Source: Camelus dromedarius (taxonomy: Eukaryota). From it: a stretch of 64,000 nt of DNA. A program made the translations under genes and the position numbers. Under the pieces are notes generated by a model, which saw nothing but the letters and a program-made list of their open reading frames with translations, searched no databases and had not been told where the DNA came from. Of the stretch, positions 24,561 through 37,990 are shown in pieces; the first letter of the stretch is position 1; each line of letters begins with the position of its first letter. Location of the stretch: NCBI RefSeq assembly GCF_036321535.1, contig NC_087447.1:52392001-52456000 (forward strand), in the 5' to 3' direction.

Positions 24561-26849
24561 AAATAATGCTCCACATCTAAATGCTGGTTCTATAGTAATG
24601 CTTTTAGGACACAGGACACAGAGATGGTACATGCTGGGCAGGTGAGATCAGGCTGTCACATGACGGTGGTTTCTCAGTGTGTGCATGTGTGTGTGTGTTT
24701 GTGCTGGGTGCGGCTGGAGTTGTTGGAGGTCGTTTTTTGGTTTCTAATGACTAAAGGGGCTGCTACTGATACCCGGTACTCTGGAGCTAGGGATGCTAAC
24801 AACACGGACCCAAAATGCCAATGAAGCCCTGCTAAGAAATACTGGTGAAAAACTGAAACGCAGAGTTTTCAAATGTCTCTATCTATTCTTTCATTTAAAT
24901 TTCACATCCCCTTTGAGGTTTTAAAAAACAGTATTCCTTATTACCTGTTGTCAACAGAGAGGAAATATCTGGATGATAGGTTACTCAGACACCTCAGAAA
25001 GGGAGAGTTCCCAGAGGACGAAAAATGCAGACAGTGACAGAATTGTACCTAGCAACCAAGAGGTTGTTTGTTTATAACAGCACTGTATCGGGCCTATTAT
25101 ATCTCTTACCAGGGCTAACAGGGTGATATGTCCCTATTTTACAGAAAAGTAAACTGAAGCCTTGAGATTAGACCATTTCCCCGGGGAGGAAATGGCTCAG
25201 CTCAGACTCCGGTCTGTGTGTTTCCAAAGCCCTTGCTCCTTGTACTTCCCCACGTGGCCTCCCTCACAGCCATGCGAGGAGACCAGGTGGCACCTGGAAG
25301 CAATTTCTCCTCTGGTTTCCTCCCTCCAGGACCCATGCTACTTTGGTAGGGAATTCACGGTGGGAAATTAACCTCTGTCTGCAAGGGCCAATTATACAGT
25401 CTAGAATAAAAAGAGCACTGTGGGCCTAGACCCAGGCAAAACACTGGCTCCCCCTCCCTCTGCCACTGCCTGTGGTGGCAGCTGGGAAGAGCAGGGAAGC
25501 GGGCAGGGGAAATCCCACTCTATTTTGAGAAAATAGCTGTGTTTGATTATACAAGCTATAAAGTTGGGACAACTATGGATTTTTCCTAAATTTGAAAAAT
25601 GATGAGCCATTAACTTCTCACTCTTAAAGTAGATCCATTCAAAAGGAATTTGAGTCCCTGTGCCCCCTGGTGAGCAGGAGTCAGGGTTACTGCAAGCTTT
25701 TCTTAGGAAGAGAATAGAAACTCAGATCCACAAAAACCTGCTGGAGAGAGAGACTGGGGAGCAAGAACAGCTTCTAAGAGGATTTCTTCCCACCATCCCA
25801 GTGACTCTGGCCCCTCTGCCACTGTGTCCACAAATGTAGGCACAATGCATTTTTTTTCCTACTGCAGTATTTTATATTTGTCTTCACATCTTTGAGATGC
25901 CTCTCAAGTATCACTCTTCCAGGAAGCCTTCCATGCCCACTCCAGGCTGATTTAGGGCCTTCCAAGTCCCCAGACTTCCCTCTTCTCCTGTATGATCTCA
26001 CCTGTGTCATAGGACTCTTTATCTGATTGGACTGTGTCTTTCCTCGGGACAGAAAACATCTCATGCATCTCAAAATTCCTATGGCTTAAAACAGCACAGA
26101 CATTCAGGCAGGGCTCCACCTGACAGATTCTAGGTGGTATATAAAGCCATTTGTTCTGCCCAAGTTAGTGTTTGATGTGTCCTTCAGCAAGGAACTGGGC
26201 TTTAACAGGTGGATGAGAGAAAGGGCATTTCAGACAGAAGGAATAACATGAGCAAAAGCAAAATTATGAAAATGATTAAGAAATAGGCTGTGAGTAGGGA
26301 GGAGAGCAAAATGATGAAAAGCATATTTTAAAAAAATCAGTCTTGAGAGGAGATCCTAGTAACATGATCACAGTCTATGTGACCAGAGGTGATTTACGTA
26401 ACTGCTCCTTGGTTTTCTCGTTATAAGACTTTATTAGGTGTGTATAAAGGACTTAGCACAGTGCCATGCATTCAGTGAGTACTTTATAAATTGTAGTTTT
26501 AAATATATTATTCTGAAAGGGGAGGTATAATTCCCTTGTGGGATAACCTAAACCCTACTGCTTCTTAGCAACTGTTTGCTTAGAGGTACAGAACTGGATA
26601 ACCAATCTGTGTTATTCTTATCTTTATTTATTCATGCACTTCATTCATTCATTCTACAAACATTCATTGAGCAACTACTACTGGCGAGATGTTGCAATAT
26701 GCTGTGATAGCATCAGAGTCAGATGGATTTCCAGCCATCAAAAAGCTCAAGGTCTTGGAGGAAAGATAAGGCAAAGACACAAATATGTGAGCCAGGAGGA
26801 AGAGGGAGCACTGCAGATGGAGAAATCAGTTTATGGAGGAGGAGGAACT

Positions 26850-28250
26850 TGCATCTTTCTCTGCTTAGTTTTAAGATTTCCTCTTAATAATTGATTTTCA
26901 GCAAAATTATTGTGGTTTTCTTTGTGTTTATTCTTCTTTGGGTTTGTTGACCTTCTTGGATCTGTGGGTTTATAGTTTATAACAAATTTGGAAAAAAATT
27001 CAGTCATTATTTCATCAAAGATTTTCACAGTCCTCATCTCTCTTACCTCTCCTTCTTTGAGACTAAAATTTCTAATCACATGTCAATTGGACTCTAATTA
27101 CATCTTCAACCACTTGATATTGTCCCATAGATCATTGAGATTCTGTTCATTTTTCAGTCCTTTTTTCTTGTCTCCCTCTGCTTTAGTTGGATGATTTTTA
27201 TTTCTCTATATTCAAGTTTCATAGATCTTTCCTTCTACAATGTCTAATCTGCTGTTAAACCCATCTGTAAAATTTTCATTGTAAATATTCTATTTTTCAA
27301 TTCAAGAATTTCCACCTGGCTCCACTTCTCTGTTGAAATTCTCTATTTGCTAACTCACTATGTTCATAGTTTTCTTTAACGCCTAGAACATACTTATAGT
27401 AGCCATTTAAAAGTCCTTGTCTGCTAATTCCATTATCTCTGTTATTTTTGTTTCTGCTGACTTATTTTTCTCTTAGTATGGGTCCTATATCCACCTTCTT
27501 CACATACATAGTAATATTTGATTGTACAATTCACATTACAGGTGTGAGGGTATTTGATATCTGGATTTCTCTTGTCTTCACGGAGTTTTTATTTAGATAG
27601 GAAGTTAATTTACTTGCAGATGAGCTTGATCCTTATTTTGGTGCCTTTACTGTATAGCTAGATTAACTCTATTCTTAGGCATTGCCTTTTTGGGGCATCT
27701 AACAGAAAGCCTGGGATGTTCAACAGGGTCTCTCTACTCTGGATGGTCAGAATTTAAACCTCTCTCAGCCTTGTGTGAGCTTCACCATGTAGCTGCACGG
27801 TAGTTATTTTATTCTCTAGTAGCTGTTCCTTCCTTAGTATACATTCCTCTTCCTGCCTCCTGGGATCTTTCCCTATATGTGTGAGGCTTAGTGTTTGGCC
27901 AGAGACTCAATATGATCTTTATGTAGATTTCTTAATTCTTTCTTATTACTACCCTTTCCTACAAATTTCAGACTTGTCAGTTGCTTTAAATTCAGTAAGA
28001 AGCCTATGCTCTGTCTGACCTTTCCTCCCTTTCACTTTCATAAATTTCCTCTAAATTGAGAGCTGGAGCAACCACCAGTTCATGTTGTTTGTTTTATTTC
28101 TCTTGGAGACCACAGATTCATGCAGCCTTTTGTCCAATATCTGAAAACAGAAGTTTCATATATATTTGGTCCATTTTTACAACTGTTTATAGTAGGATGG
28201 CTAGTCCAGTTCCAGTTACTCAACCACAGTCAAAAGTGGAGGTGTGAAAA
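26850..28250 (-). mobile_element. Old L1 5'UTR/ORF1 relic
   Basis: Minus peptide KIFDEIMTEFFSKF...TDPRRSTNPKK resembles L1 ORF1 (IFEEIMAENFP...QEAQRTP); continues into a 5'UTR-like end near 28245. Confidence 0.7.
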
Positions 28251-29638
28251 ATGGAGAACTGGAATAGTTACTTGAAGAATAGGTAAGGTTTGGGCAAAAG
28301 GCAATGAGTGAGGAGGCTCATTTCAGGCAGAAGAAACAGCATGAGCAGCAAATATTTATCGAGCCCCTGTTGCGTGTTATGCACTGGGGATTTTGTGATG
28401 AATAAGACAAATGGAGACTTGCCCTAATGGAGTTTACAGCTTGTTCTCATCTGTGTTCATTTCAACCGTTTTTCTGTATGCCTGCTCTGTGCAAGACACT
28501 GTGCTTGTACAGGAAGCCGGTGTTAGAACGAAGAATAAAACACAATTCCTGTCTTCAGGGAGTTCACAGTATTTGGAAGGAGAGAGATAAATAGTGACGT
28601 TCAGCATAAAGTAGTGAGTGAGATGACAGTGTTACACCTGGGGTGCTGTGGGAGGAGAGAGGCAGACTTTTAGGTCTAGCTTCCTTTATGAGATGTGCAC
28701 TGTGTCCCCAAGAGCAAGTAAGAATTAACCAGGAATAGGAGGAGTGGCGGGAGGCTTTCTAGGCAACAGCAACAGAGGCACAGAGACACAAGGAATCTGC
28801 AGAACACTAAGTAGCTCAGTGTGACTGTAAGAGATGAGACTGGAGAGGCAGAATACACCCTGAGAGGCCTTGTGTACCATAGCTTACACTTTATCCTGGT
28901 GGCAATAGGGGAGCTGTGGAAGGCTCTCAAGCAAGGGAGAGATAACCTGCAAACTCCTACCTTTGACTGAGCTGGCAGGAACTGTATTGAATATTCAAGG
29001 GATTTATGGGGCTAGAGAGAGCTGTTAGAATTCAACTCTCTTCCACCAGGAATTTGAAGGACCTTTCCATAAGAGACGTTTGGATTTTTAAAAAGATAGT
29101 AGCAGACACTTACAAACAAATCCTATGGTGTTGAAATCTTGTCAATAGAGACAGAAAATGTAGCAGGTGAAAATGTGTTTCTTCAGGAAGGTGGTAAGTG
29201 GGGAAGAATAATAAAATTTTTGAGCTATAGTGGTTCTTGAAAATCATTCTGTTCTTCACCTAATTTTATCATCACATTCGAGGCAACTTAGACCCAGAGA
29301 TATGAGGAGCAGAACAGGGGTAACAAAAAGAGCTTTTGGGCTTTGAAGTTAGGCTGACATGCGTCTGAATGCTGATTTGGCCATTATTAGCTGTGACCTT
29401 GGGCAAATCACTTACTCTCTCTGAGTTTTAGTCTCTTCATCTACAAATTGGAGAATACCAAAACCTACTTCGCTGAGTTAAAGTAATGCATTCGTGAAAT
29501 CCACAGAGTGGTTCCTACTGAGCCTAAACTGAGCTTGCTTATGTAGGGACATCAACCTCTTAGATGTTCAATTGCTCAACTGGTTTACGCCCACAAGGAG
29601 TAAAGTTTCCTTGGGAACAGCCTCAAGAACTGAAGGGA

Positions 29639-30125
29639 TGACAGTGGATTAAAGAGAGCTGCAAATTCTTTGTTACTAACTGCATTAGGAGGTGGGGCTT
29701 ATTTTCTCTCCCCCTGAATGCTGGCTGGCCCTGGGACTACTTAAATCAGTTGAAATAACCATCACAGTGGATATGCTACTATGCTAGTTCTGGGCTTCAA
29801 TCTTAAAGAGGACCAGTAACTTCTGCTTCCTTCCTATCGAATGTTTTCTCTTGAGATCTGCCTATCATGAAAAGAAGCCCAAGCTAGCTGAGTGGAAAGA
29901 CCATTTGGGGAGACAGAGGCACCAGCCTCCCAGCTGTCTCTGATGGAGACAGACATATGAACAAAGCCATTCTAGCCTTTCCAGCCCCAGCCCCCATATG
30001 ACCGCGGGCTCACGAGCACCCTGGGCAGGACTCAGAGAACTGCTCAGTCAGCCCATGTGAAAAATAGTATGTGGTTATTATGCTAAGCCATTGTACTTTG
30101 GGTAGTTTACTATACAGCCAAGGAC
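29639..30125 (+). mobile_element. MaLR LTR (MLT1G/H-like)
   Basis: ggattaaagagagctgcaaattctttg...ggaggtgggg...taagccattgtactttgggtagtttactatacagc. Confidence 0.65.
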
Positions 30126-31318
30126 ACCCAGCAGAGACAGGGAGGTTAGCTGTCTTGCCTGGGCCCAGGGTCAGGTCTGAGCCTTACTGGAAAGCTGAAG
30201 GAACTATCATATTCTGGATCCAAGCAGTGCTGCTTTGGTGCCTAGGGACTGAGGTTTAGTGCAGAGTTGGGGTGAGGGTCCTTCTCCCTCCTCCTCTAGG
30301 GAACAAAATATTTATGGTGCAGCTTAGACAGTGTGACAGATTGAGGGTCTGTAGTTTTGGGAGTCTTTAGGGCTAGTCCCTTGAGTAGAAGAATGGGGTT
30401 GTGTGGACTCCAGCTGGAAAGGCAGAAATGCGGTACCCCCTTACCAGTGGCTCCTAGGCAGAGAGAATATTAACAAGGAATGTGATGTAAAGGGACCAGA
30501 GCAGACTTCTCGCTGAGAACACATTAGGCCCTTGGAGTCTTCTGGGAAGTCCTGAGCAAGACTTTGCGTTGGAGGTCCCATACAAGTCACTGAGGGGAAA
30601 ATCTGGGAAACCTGGATTGTTACTGTCAGTGAGACCACAGGCTGAGGAGGTCTGGGGACATCCAGGTTTTACATGTAAAGCTCCTCAAAGAATGCTTGGT
30701 CCATGATAAGTGCTCAGTATGTGACAGCCTGTATATGCAGGGAACTGGCCCTAATATCTAGGGTCACATAGCACATTAACAACAGCAGTCCAGCATGTTC
30801 TCCCCCTGAGAAGCTGCCCTCTGTTGACCGTTCTGGGTTACTTCAGAGGTAGTAACTGTCACCCCCAAGAATGCAGAGCTCAGCCTACTCTCTAGAGAGT
30901 CAGAAAAATCCTGTCAGACTCGAGAGTTTGCAAACATAGTACTCTGACTTGAGGGGTTATGAATCCCTGGTTCTTAGAGCAAACATCACCTTCTTCTGCT
31001 GGACAGTTTAACAGAGGAAGCTGGAAAAAGAAACTGACTGGTTCACCCTTAATATCAAACAAAATATGTGCCACGGTTATAATTAAGGGGTATCCCCAGG
31101 GAGAGCACAGTGTCCTTCAGTAGGGTGGCTGCAGGAGAAAGGAAGTTCCCCTATCAGCTCTTGTTTTAATGGTGAGAAGAGGAAAGGCTCTAGGCTACAG
31201 CATCCATGGCTGGAGTTGATGTTTTGTTTCCCCTTGAGGTTTGGCTTTTGATGCACATGAGGGCCCAGTAAAATTTTCTAAGCTTCAAGGCAGCAAAAGA
31301 AAGATCTGGGCTAGCTTC

Positions 31319-31692
31319 TGTTACAGGCTAAATATTTGTGTTTCCCCAAATTCCTATGTTGAAGCCCTAGCCTTCAATGTGATGGTATTTGGAGGCAGTA
31401 TTTTTGGGAAGTAATTAGGTTTTGATTAGGTCATGTGGGTGGAACCCTCATGATGAGATTAGTGCCCCTCTCTTTCTCTCTATGCACCCACACTAAGGAA
31501 AGGCCATGTGGAAATATAGTGAGAAGGTAGCTGTCTACAAGCCAGGAAGAGGGTCCTTACCAGGAACAAAATCTGCTGGATCCTTGATATTGGACTTTGA
31601 GCCTCCAGAACTGTGAAAACATAAATGTCTGTGTTTAAGCCACTCAGCCTACAGTAGGTATTTTGTTATAGCAGCCTGAGCTGACTAAGACA
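31319..31692 (+). mobile_element. MaLR solo LTR (MLT1A-like)
   Basis: tgttacaggctaaat...ccccaaattcctatgttgaagcccta...gcctccagaactgtga...ttttgttatagcagcctgagctgactaagaca. Confidence 0.85.
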
Positions 31693-31944
31693 TCCTCCTT
31701 GCTTAGTGGAGCCCCACCCAGGCTCCATGGTATAGTAGAGAAGGCATGGAAAGACAGAAAACCAAGCTGGAATTCTAGCTCAGCCGGTTTCAAGCTGGAC
31801 GATACTGCGAAAATCATTTAACCTCTCTGAGCTTCATCTTCTTTATCTTTGAAATGGAACTAAGAAGACTTGCTTTGCTTATCTCACATAGAAGTTGTTA
31901 GGATCAAATGAGACCATGGATATAAAAGGACTTTAGAAACTATA

Positions 31945-32994
31945 GGGGGTATTTCTGACTATGGCAGAGGGAGGAGGCTGGCAAACTTTCTCCCCTCAAA
32001 AGGAATTACCAAGTTGGACAAAACTGGCAAAATCACCATGCCAACACTCTGGAAATTGACCAGAGGCATACAACAGTCTCAGATGTTTATGCTTGAAAAA
32101 CTGCTGAACTTTAAGTAATAACAATGGTACTCAGTGATGTCATGCCTGGGGCTCTCTCCATCTCCCACAGCTCGGTCAGTGAAGAGGTTCAGCCAGGGTA
32201 AAGTCATCATGAGGACTGGCAACTTGGCTTCTGAAGCTGAAGACGCTCAGTGGATTTAGAGAAGTGGGTGGTGCCCTTGGTCAGAGGCACTGTCAGTGGA
32301 AGTTACGACTCTTGGCAGCAGGCAAGTAGGAAGGGCCAGTGACTCTACAAGCATAAGGTCATAGTTGTGACAAGCCTATTCTTGGCTAAGATGTAAATAA
32401 ATAGTGGAGTTCAGAGAGGGCCCAGGCTATACATACACTCCTGGCAACACTGAAGGGGTTTGCAGGCACAGAGGAGATGCAAAGGGACCAAGTGGAAGGC
32501 AAAAGGGACCAGACAGACTTAAAAATTACCTGAACTCTGACTGTGTTCCCTTCCCCAGGTCCAGCTCCAATGGCAGAACACCTGGCTTTATGTGTTTGAG
32601 CATAATCTCTATCCAACCACTGGTTGGCCACTAAGCTATGCTGACAGAAACTTAAAGGCAAGAATAAAAAATAACTAAATAGAGACATTAGATTCCCACT
32701 GTGGGACAGAAAGATTTCATAGATTTAACCTAGGCATGTTTTATACAAAGAAAAAAACAGGAAAAAAAAAAAAAAGAGCAGTAACAACAATCTTCATAAG
32801 GGAAAATTAGAAACCTAAGTTGCTACAATAAATAAAATGTCATTTTCAACAAAATTATAAGACATAAAAAGAAACAGAGAAGTATGACCCATAATCAGAA
32901 ACAAAAGCAGTAAATAGAAACTGATGAGAATGTCCCCAAATGTTAAAAAATCAGCAGATAAATATTGCAAAGAAGCTATTTATGTTCACAGAAC
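31945..32994 (+). mobile_element. Old L1 5'UTR and ORF1 start
   Basis: Starts gggggtatttctgactatggcaga; later aaaattataagacataaaaagaaacagagaagtatgacccataatcag, typical of an L1M ORF1 start. Confidence 0.6.
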
Positions 32995-35900
32995 TCTCAA
33001 ATAAACAATCTAACCCACCAGCTAAAAGAATTAGAAAAAGAAGAGCAAAAAACCCCAAAAGTAAGCAGAAGGAAGGAAATAATATAGATCAGGGAGGAAA
33101 TAAATAAGAGATTAAAAAAAAATAGAAAAAATCAATCAAAGCAAAAGCTGGTTTTTTGAAAGAGTAAATAAAATCGACAAACCTCTGGCCAAACTCCAAA
33201 GAAGAAAAAAGAGAGAGCACAAATAAGCAAAATAAGAGAGGAAAATGGAGAAATTACAACAAATAACGTAGAAATACAGAACATCATATGAGAATATTAT
33301 GAAAAACTATATGGAACCAAAATGGATAACCTAGAGGAGATGGACAAGTTTCTGGAAACATACAGTCCACCAAGACTGAATCAAGAAGAAACTGACCACT
33401 TGAACAAACTGATCACTAGAAATGAAACTGAATTAGCAATAAAAAAAAAAACTTCCCTACAAATAAAAGTCCAGGACCAGACGGCTTCACCGGGGAATTC
33501 TACCAAACATACAAAGAAGAACTCATACCAGTCCTTCTCAAACTCTTCCAGACGATTGAAAAGGAGGGAATACTCCCAAACTCATTCTATAAAGCCATCA
33601 TCACCCTGATACCAAAACCAGGCAAATACACCACCAAAAAAGAGAATTACAGACCAGTATCATTGATGAACATAGATGCAAAAATCCTTACCAAAATATT
33701 AGTAAACAGAATCCAACAGCACATAAAAAAAATTATACATCATGATCAAGTGGGGTTCATCCCAGAGACACAAGGGTGGTTCAACATACACAAATCAATC
33801 AATGTAATACATCACATCAAAAAGAGAAAGGACAAAAACCACATGATCATCTCAATAGATGCAGAAAAAATATTTGATAAAATTCAACACCCATCTATGA
33901 TAAAAACTCTCACCAAAGTGGGTATAGAGGGAACATATCTCAATATAATAAAAGCTGTATATGACAAACCTACAGCCAGCATAGTACTCAAGGGTGAAAA
34001 ACTCAAAAGCTTCCCACTAAAATCTGGGACAAGACAAGGATGCCCACTATCACCACTCCTATTCAACATAGTCTTGGAAGTCCTAGCCACAACAATCAGG
34101 CAAGAGAGAAATAAAAGGGATCCAAATTGAAAAAGAGGTAAAAGTGTCACTATATGCAGATGACATGATACTATATATAGAAAACCCTAAAAGGTCCACA
34201 CAAAAACTACTAGAAATAATCGAAGAATTCAGCAAGGTAGCAGGTTACAAGATTAATGTTCAAAAATCAGCTGCATTTCTTTACACTAACAATGAATTAA
34301 CAGAAATAGAAAGTAAAGAAACAATCCCCTTTAAAATAGCATCCAAAGTAATAAAATACCTAGGAGTAAATCTAACCAAGGAGGTGAAAGACTTATACAC
34401 AGAGAACTATAAAACAGTGATTAAGGAAATTAAAGAAGAATTTAAAAAATGGAAAGATATTCCATGCTCCTGGATTGGAAGAATCAATATTGTTAAAATG
34501 GTCATACTGCCCAAGGCAACCTACAGATTTAATGCAATCCCTATCAAATTACCCAGGACATATTTCACAGGACTAGAACAAATCATAATAAAATTTATAT
34601 GGAACCACAAAAGACCTAGAATTGCCAAAGCATTACTGAAGAAAAAGAGGCTGGAGAAATAACTCTCCCAGACTTCAGACAATACTATAGATCTACAGTA
34701 ATCAAAACAGCATGGTATTGGTACAAAAACAGACATATGGACAAATGGAACAGAATAGAGAGCCCAGAAATGAACTCACAAACTTTTGGTCAACTAATCT
34801 TCGACAAAGGAGGCAAGAATATACAATGGAATAAAGACAGTCTCTTCAGCAAATGGTATTGGGAAAACTGGACAGCAGAATGTAAAACAATGAAGCTAGA
34901 ACACTCCCTGACACCATACACAAAAATGGATCAAAGACTCAAACATAAGACAAGATACAATAAACCTTCTAGAAGAAAATATAGGTAAAACATTATCTGA
35001 CATACATCTCAAAAATGTTCTCCTAGGGCAGTCTACCCAAGCAATAGAAATTAAAGCAAGAATAAACAAATGGGACCTAATGAAACCTAACAAGCTTCTG
35101 CACAGCAAAGGAAGCCATAAGTAAAACAAAAAGACAACCTATGGAATGGGAGAAAGTTTTTGCAAATGAAACAGACAAAGGTTTGATCTCCAGAATATAT
35201 AAGCAGCTCATATGACTTAATAAGAAAAAAACAAACAACCCAATCCAAAAATGGGCAGAAGACTTAATCAAGCAATTCTCCAAGGAAGAAATAGATCAAC
35301 AGACACATGAAAAAATGCTCAATATCACTAATTATCAGAGAAATGCAAATCAAAACTACAATGAGGTATCACCTCACACCAGTCAGGATGGTCATCATTC
35401 AAAAGTCCACAAATTACAAACACTGAAGAGGCTGTGGAGAAAAGGGAACCCTCCTACACTGCTGGTGGGAATGCAGTTTAGTGCAGCCACTGTGGAAAAC
35501 AGTATGGAGAGTCCTCAAAAGACTAGGAATAGACTTACCATATGACCCAGGAATCCCACTCATAGGCATATATCCAGAAGGAACCCTACTTCAAAAAGAC
35601 ACCTGCACCCCAATGTTCATAGCAGCACTATTTACAATGGCCAAGACATGGAAATAGCCTAAATGTCCATCAACAGATGACTGGATAAGAAGATTTAGTA
35701 TATTTATATGATGGAATACTACTCAGCCATAAAAACTGACAACATAACGCCATTTGCAGCAACATGGATGTTCCTGGAGAATGTCATTCTAAGTGAAGTA
35801 AGCCAGAAAGAGAAAGAAAAATACCATATGAGATCGCTCATGTGTGGAATCTAAAAAAAAAAAAAAAACCAACATAAATACAAAACAGAAACAGACTCAC

Positions 35901-36173
35901 AGACATAGAATACAAACTTGTGGTTGCCAAGGGGGTAGGGAGTGGGAAGGGACAGATGGGGATTTCAAAATGTAGAACAGATAAACAAGATCATACTTAT
36001 AGCACAGGGAAATATATACAAAATCTTGTGGCAGCTCACAGTGAAAAAAAATGTGACAATGAATATATGTATGTTCATGTATAACTGAAAAATTGTGCTC
36101 TACACTGGAATTTGACACAACATTGTAAAATGACTATAACTCAATTAAAAAAAAGTAAAAAAAAAAAAAAAAA
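32995..36173 (+). mobile_element. Young 5'-truncated L1 (~3.2 kb) with ORF2 remnant, 3'UTR and poly-A
   Basis: ORF2 peptides [69 protein letters not shown] spread over several frames; A-tail at 36147-36173. Confidence 0.97.
33322..34988 (+). pseudogene. Frameshifted L1 ORF2 (reverse transcriptase core, YADD motif)
   Basis: Track ORFs 33322-33609, 33663-34130, 34144-34662 and 34737-34988 are consecutive ORF2 segments broken by frameshifts and stops; endonuclease domain absent. Confidence 0.92.
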
Positions 36174-37279
36174 CCCAGAAAAGAAAAGAAAACCAAGGCT
36201 GAGAGACAGACCATGCAAGTGACCTGCCCAGTGTGACAAAGCTAATTAGGGGCTAAGCAGAGTCTAGAATCCAGGCCTCTTGGACCCCAGTGAGTAAAGA
36301 AAGAAGCAGCTGTATTGGGCATCGAAGCCCAATACCTGAAAGAATGCAAGCTGCGTGCAGGCAATGGGCTTCTGACTCAAATATAGGTCATCTGACTACT
36401 GCTGGAAGGGTGCTGACACCTACCACGTAGTAGGGAGTCAAGGGGGTCCTGCCAGAGGGCAGAGGAGTGCTGGGTAGCCTGTGCATTCCCTACTCCCATC
36501 TAGGGGCAGACAGGAAAGTCACGTCCCGATCTCAAGTGAGCTGACGTGTGTATGGGGGTAGGACGCTCCCACATCACACTCCTCCACCCACACGCTTCAT
36601 AACCCCTTTCTATTCCCAAAGAATGGCCATCATCCCTAAATCCTCTCCCTTGCTTGGCCAAGTCCCCTTACCCTGCCCAAAGGAGCAGAAAGAATGTGGT
36701 TTTTGGTTGTGCATACATTGCACACTCTGCACAGGCCCCTTCTGTCCTGATTTTCCCAGTTCCGCCCCAGATCCGGCCCTGACTTGCTGTGTGGAGTTCT
36801 ACCAGGCAGGCATAACTTAGCGATGCACCATGCCACTGGGTTTAAAACAGCAGGGGACTCGGGAGTTTGAGATCTGCAGTTCTTGCTCAGTGAATGGGAT
36901 TTTTATGAGGCTGCTGCAATCAGTCTTGCATACAGGGTGCTTAAAATTTTTATGGCTGATTGGGATTCGTTGGAAGCACCAAGCTGGAACGTGATGGAGT
37001 TCCCCATTAGAGAATGTCCCCAGGAAAGCAGGCGCGCATGGTTCCCTGGTACTCGGAGGTGTCAGAGAGCTGGTTTTATGGAAAGCAATTTCCTCAGTAA
37101 AGAAAAAATATGCTCCAGAGACAGAGCAACTTCAGCACAGAGGCGCTACCACCCTGGGTTTAACGGGCTTCCTCAGCAGCCGGTCCCTGGTGATTGCAAA
37201 GACAAATGGGTCCTACCCGCTCTGGCTGCCAGAAAACTTCTTCTCTACTGTTTTTTCAAAACACACATTTAAAAATAAA

Positions 37280-37990
37280 ATAATAAAAAGCTTGAAAAAT
37301 GAGTGGTAATGACATCATCCACTCAAGACTATTGTTAACGTTTTGTGATGTGTATACATATATTTTTGACATGGTTTGGCCACAGCTATGATACAGTTTT
37401 ATAACTTGTATTTTACATTTTACAATAAACATTATGAAGTCATGAAAACTGCTTTGCAGACTTCGTTTTAAGTAACTTTATAATATTCCATTAGGTTGAT
37501 ATACCATAAGTGGTAGTACTGTTTTCCATATTGTTGATATGGAGCTGGTTGCTGATTTTTTATTATAAATAATGACATCATGAACATCTGGGAACATTAA
37601 GCTTTGCTCACATTTCCAATGAAGTCTTTGGAATAGATTTCTAGAAGTAGAAATACTGGATCACATTTTAAAGTGTCCTGATACGGACGGCGACTTGCTT
37701 TCCATAAAGATGCTACTGGTTTACACTTCCCTGCACCTTACATGAGGATGTCTGTGTCACCACACCATTGCCAACACTGCGATCTTTGGTTAACATGTCT
37801 ACTAATTTGCAAGGTACAAAATGCCGTCTTGTGCTTTCATTTGCATCTTTGGATTAACAGTAAGTTTGAACATTTTGCTCATTTGTGTATCATCTGTTTG
37901 CTTTTCTTTTGTTCTACTAGAGTCTTAACTGTTCTTCTGTTTACTATAGAAATACTGTCTGCCATTTTTGCTACAAAAATATTTTTTAAA
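37280..37990 (-). mobile_element. L1ME-like relic
   Basis: ataatattccatt...gatttctagaagtagaaatactggatca...ttacacttccc...caccattgccaacactg. Confidence 0.6.

Noticed and set aside
33322..34988. Active reverse transcriptase or novel retroelement system
   Set aside because: Ordinary L1 ORF2, 5'-truncated and multiply frameshifted
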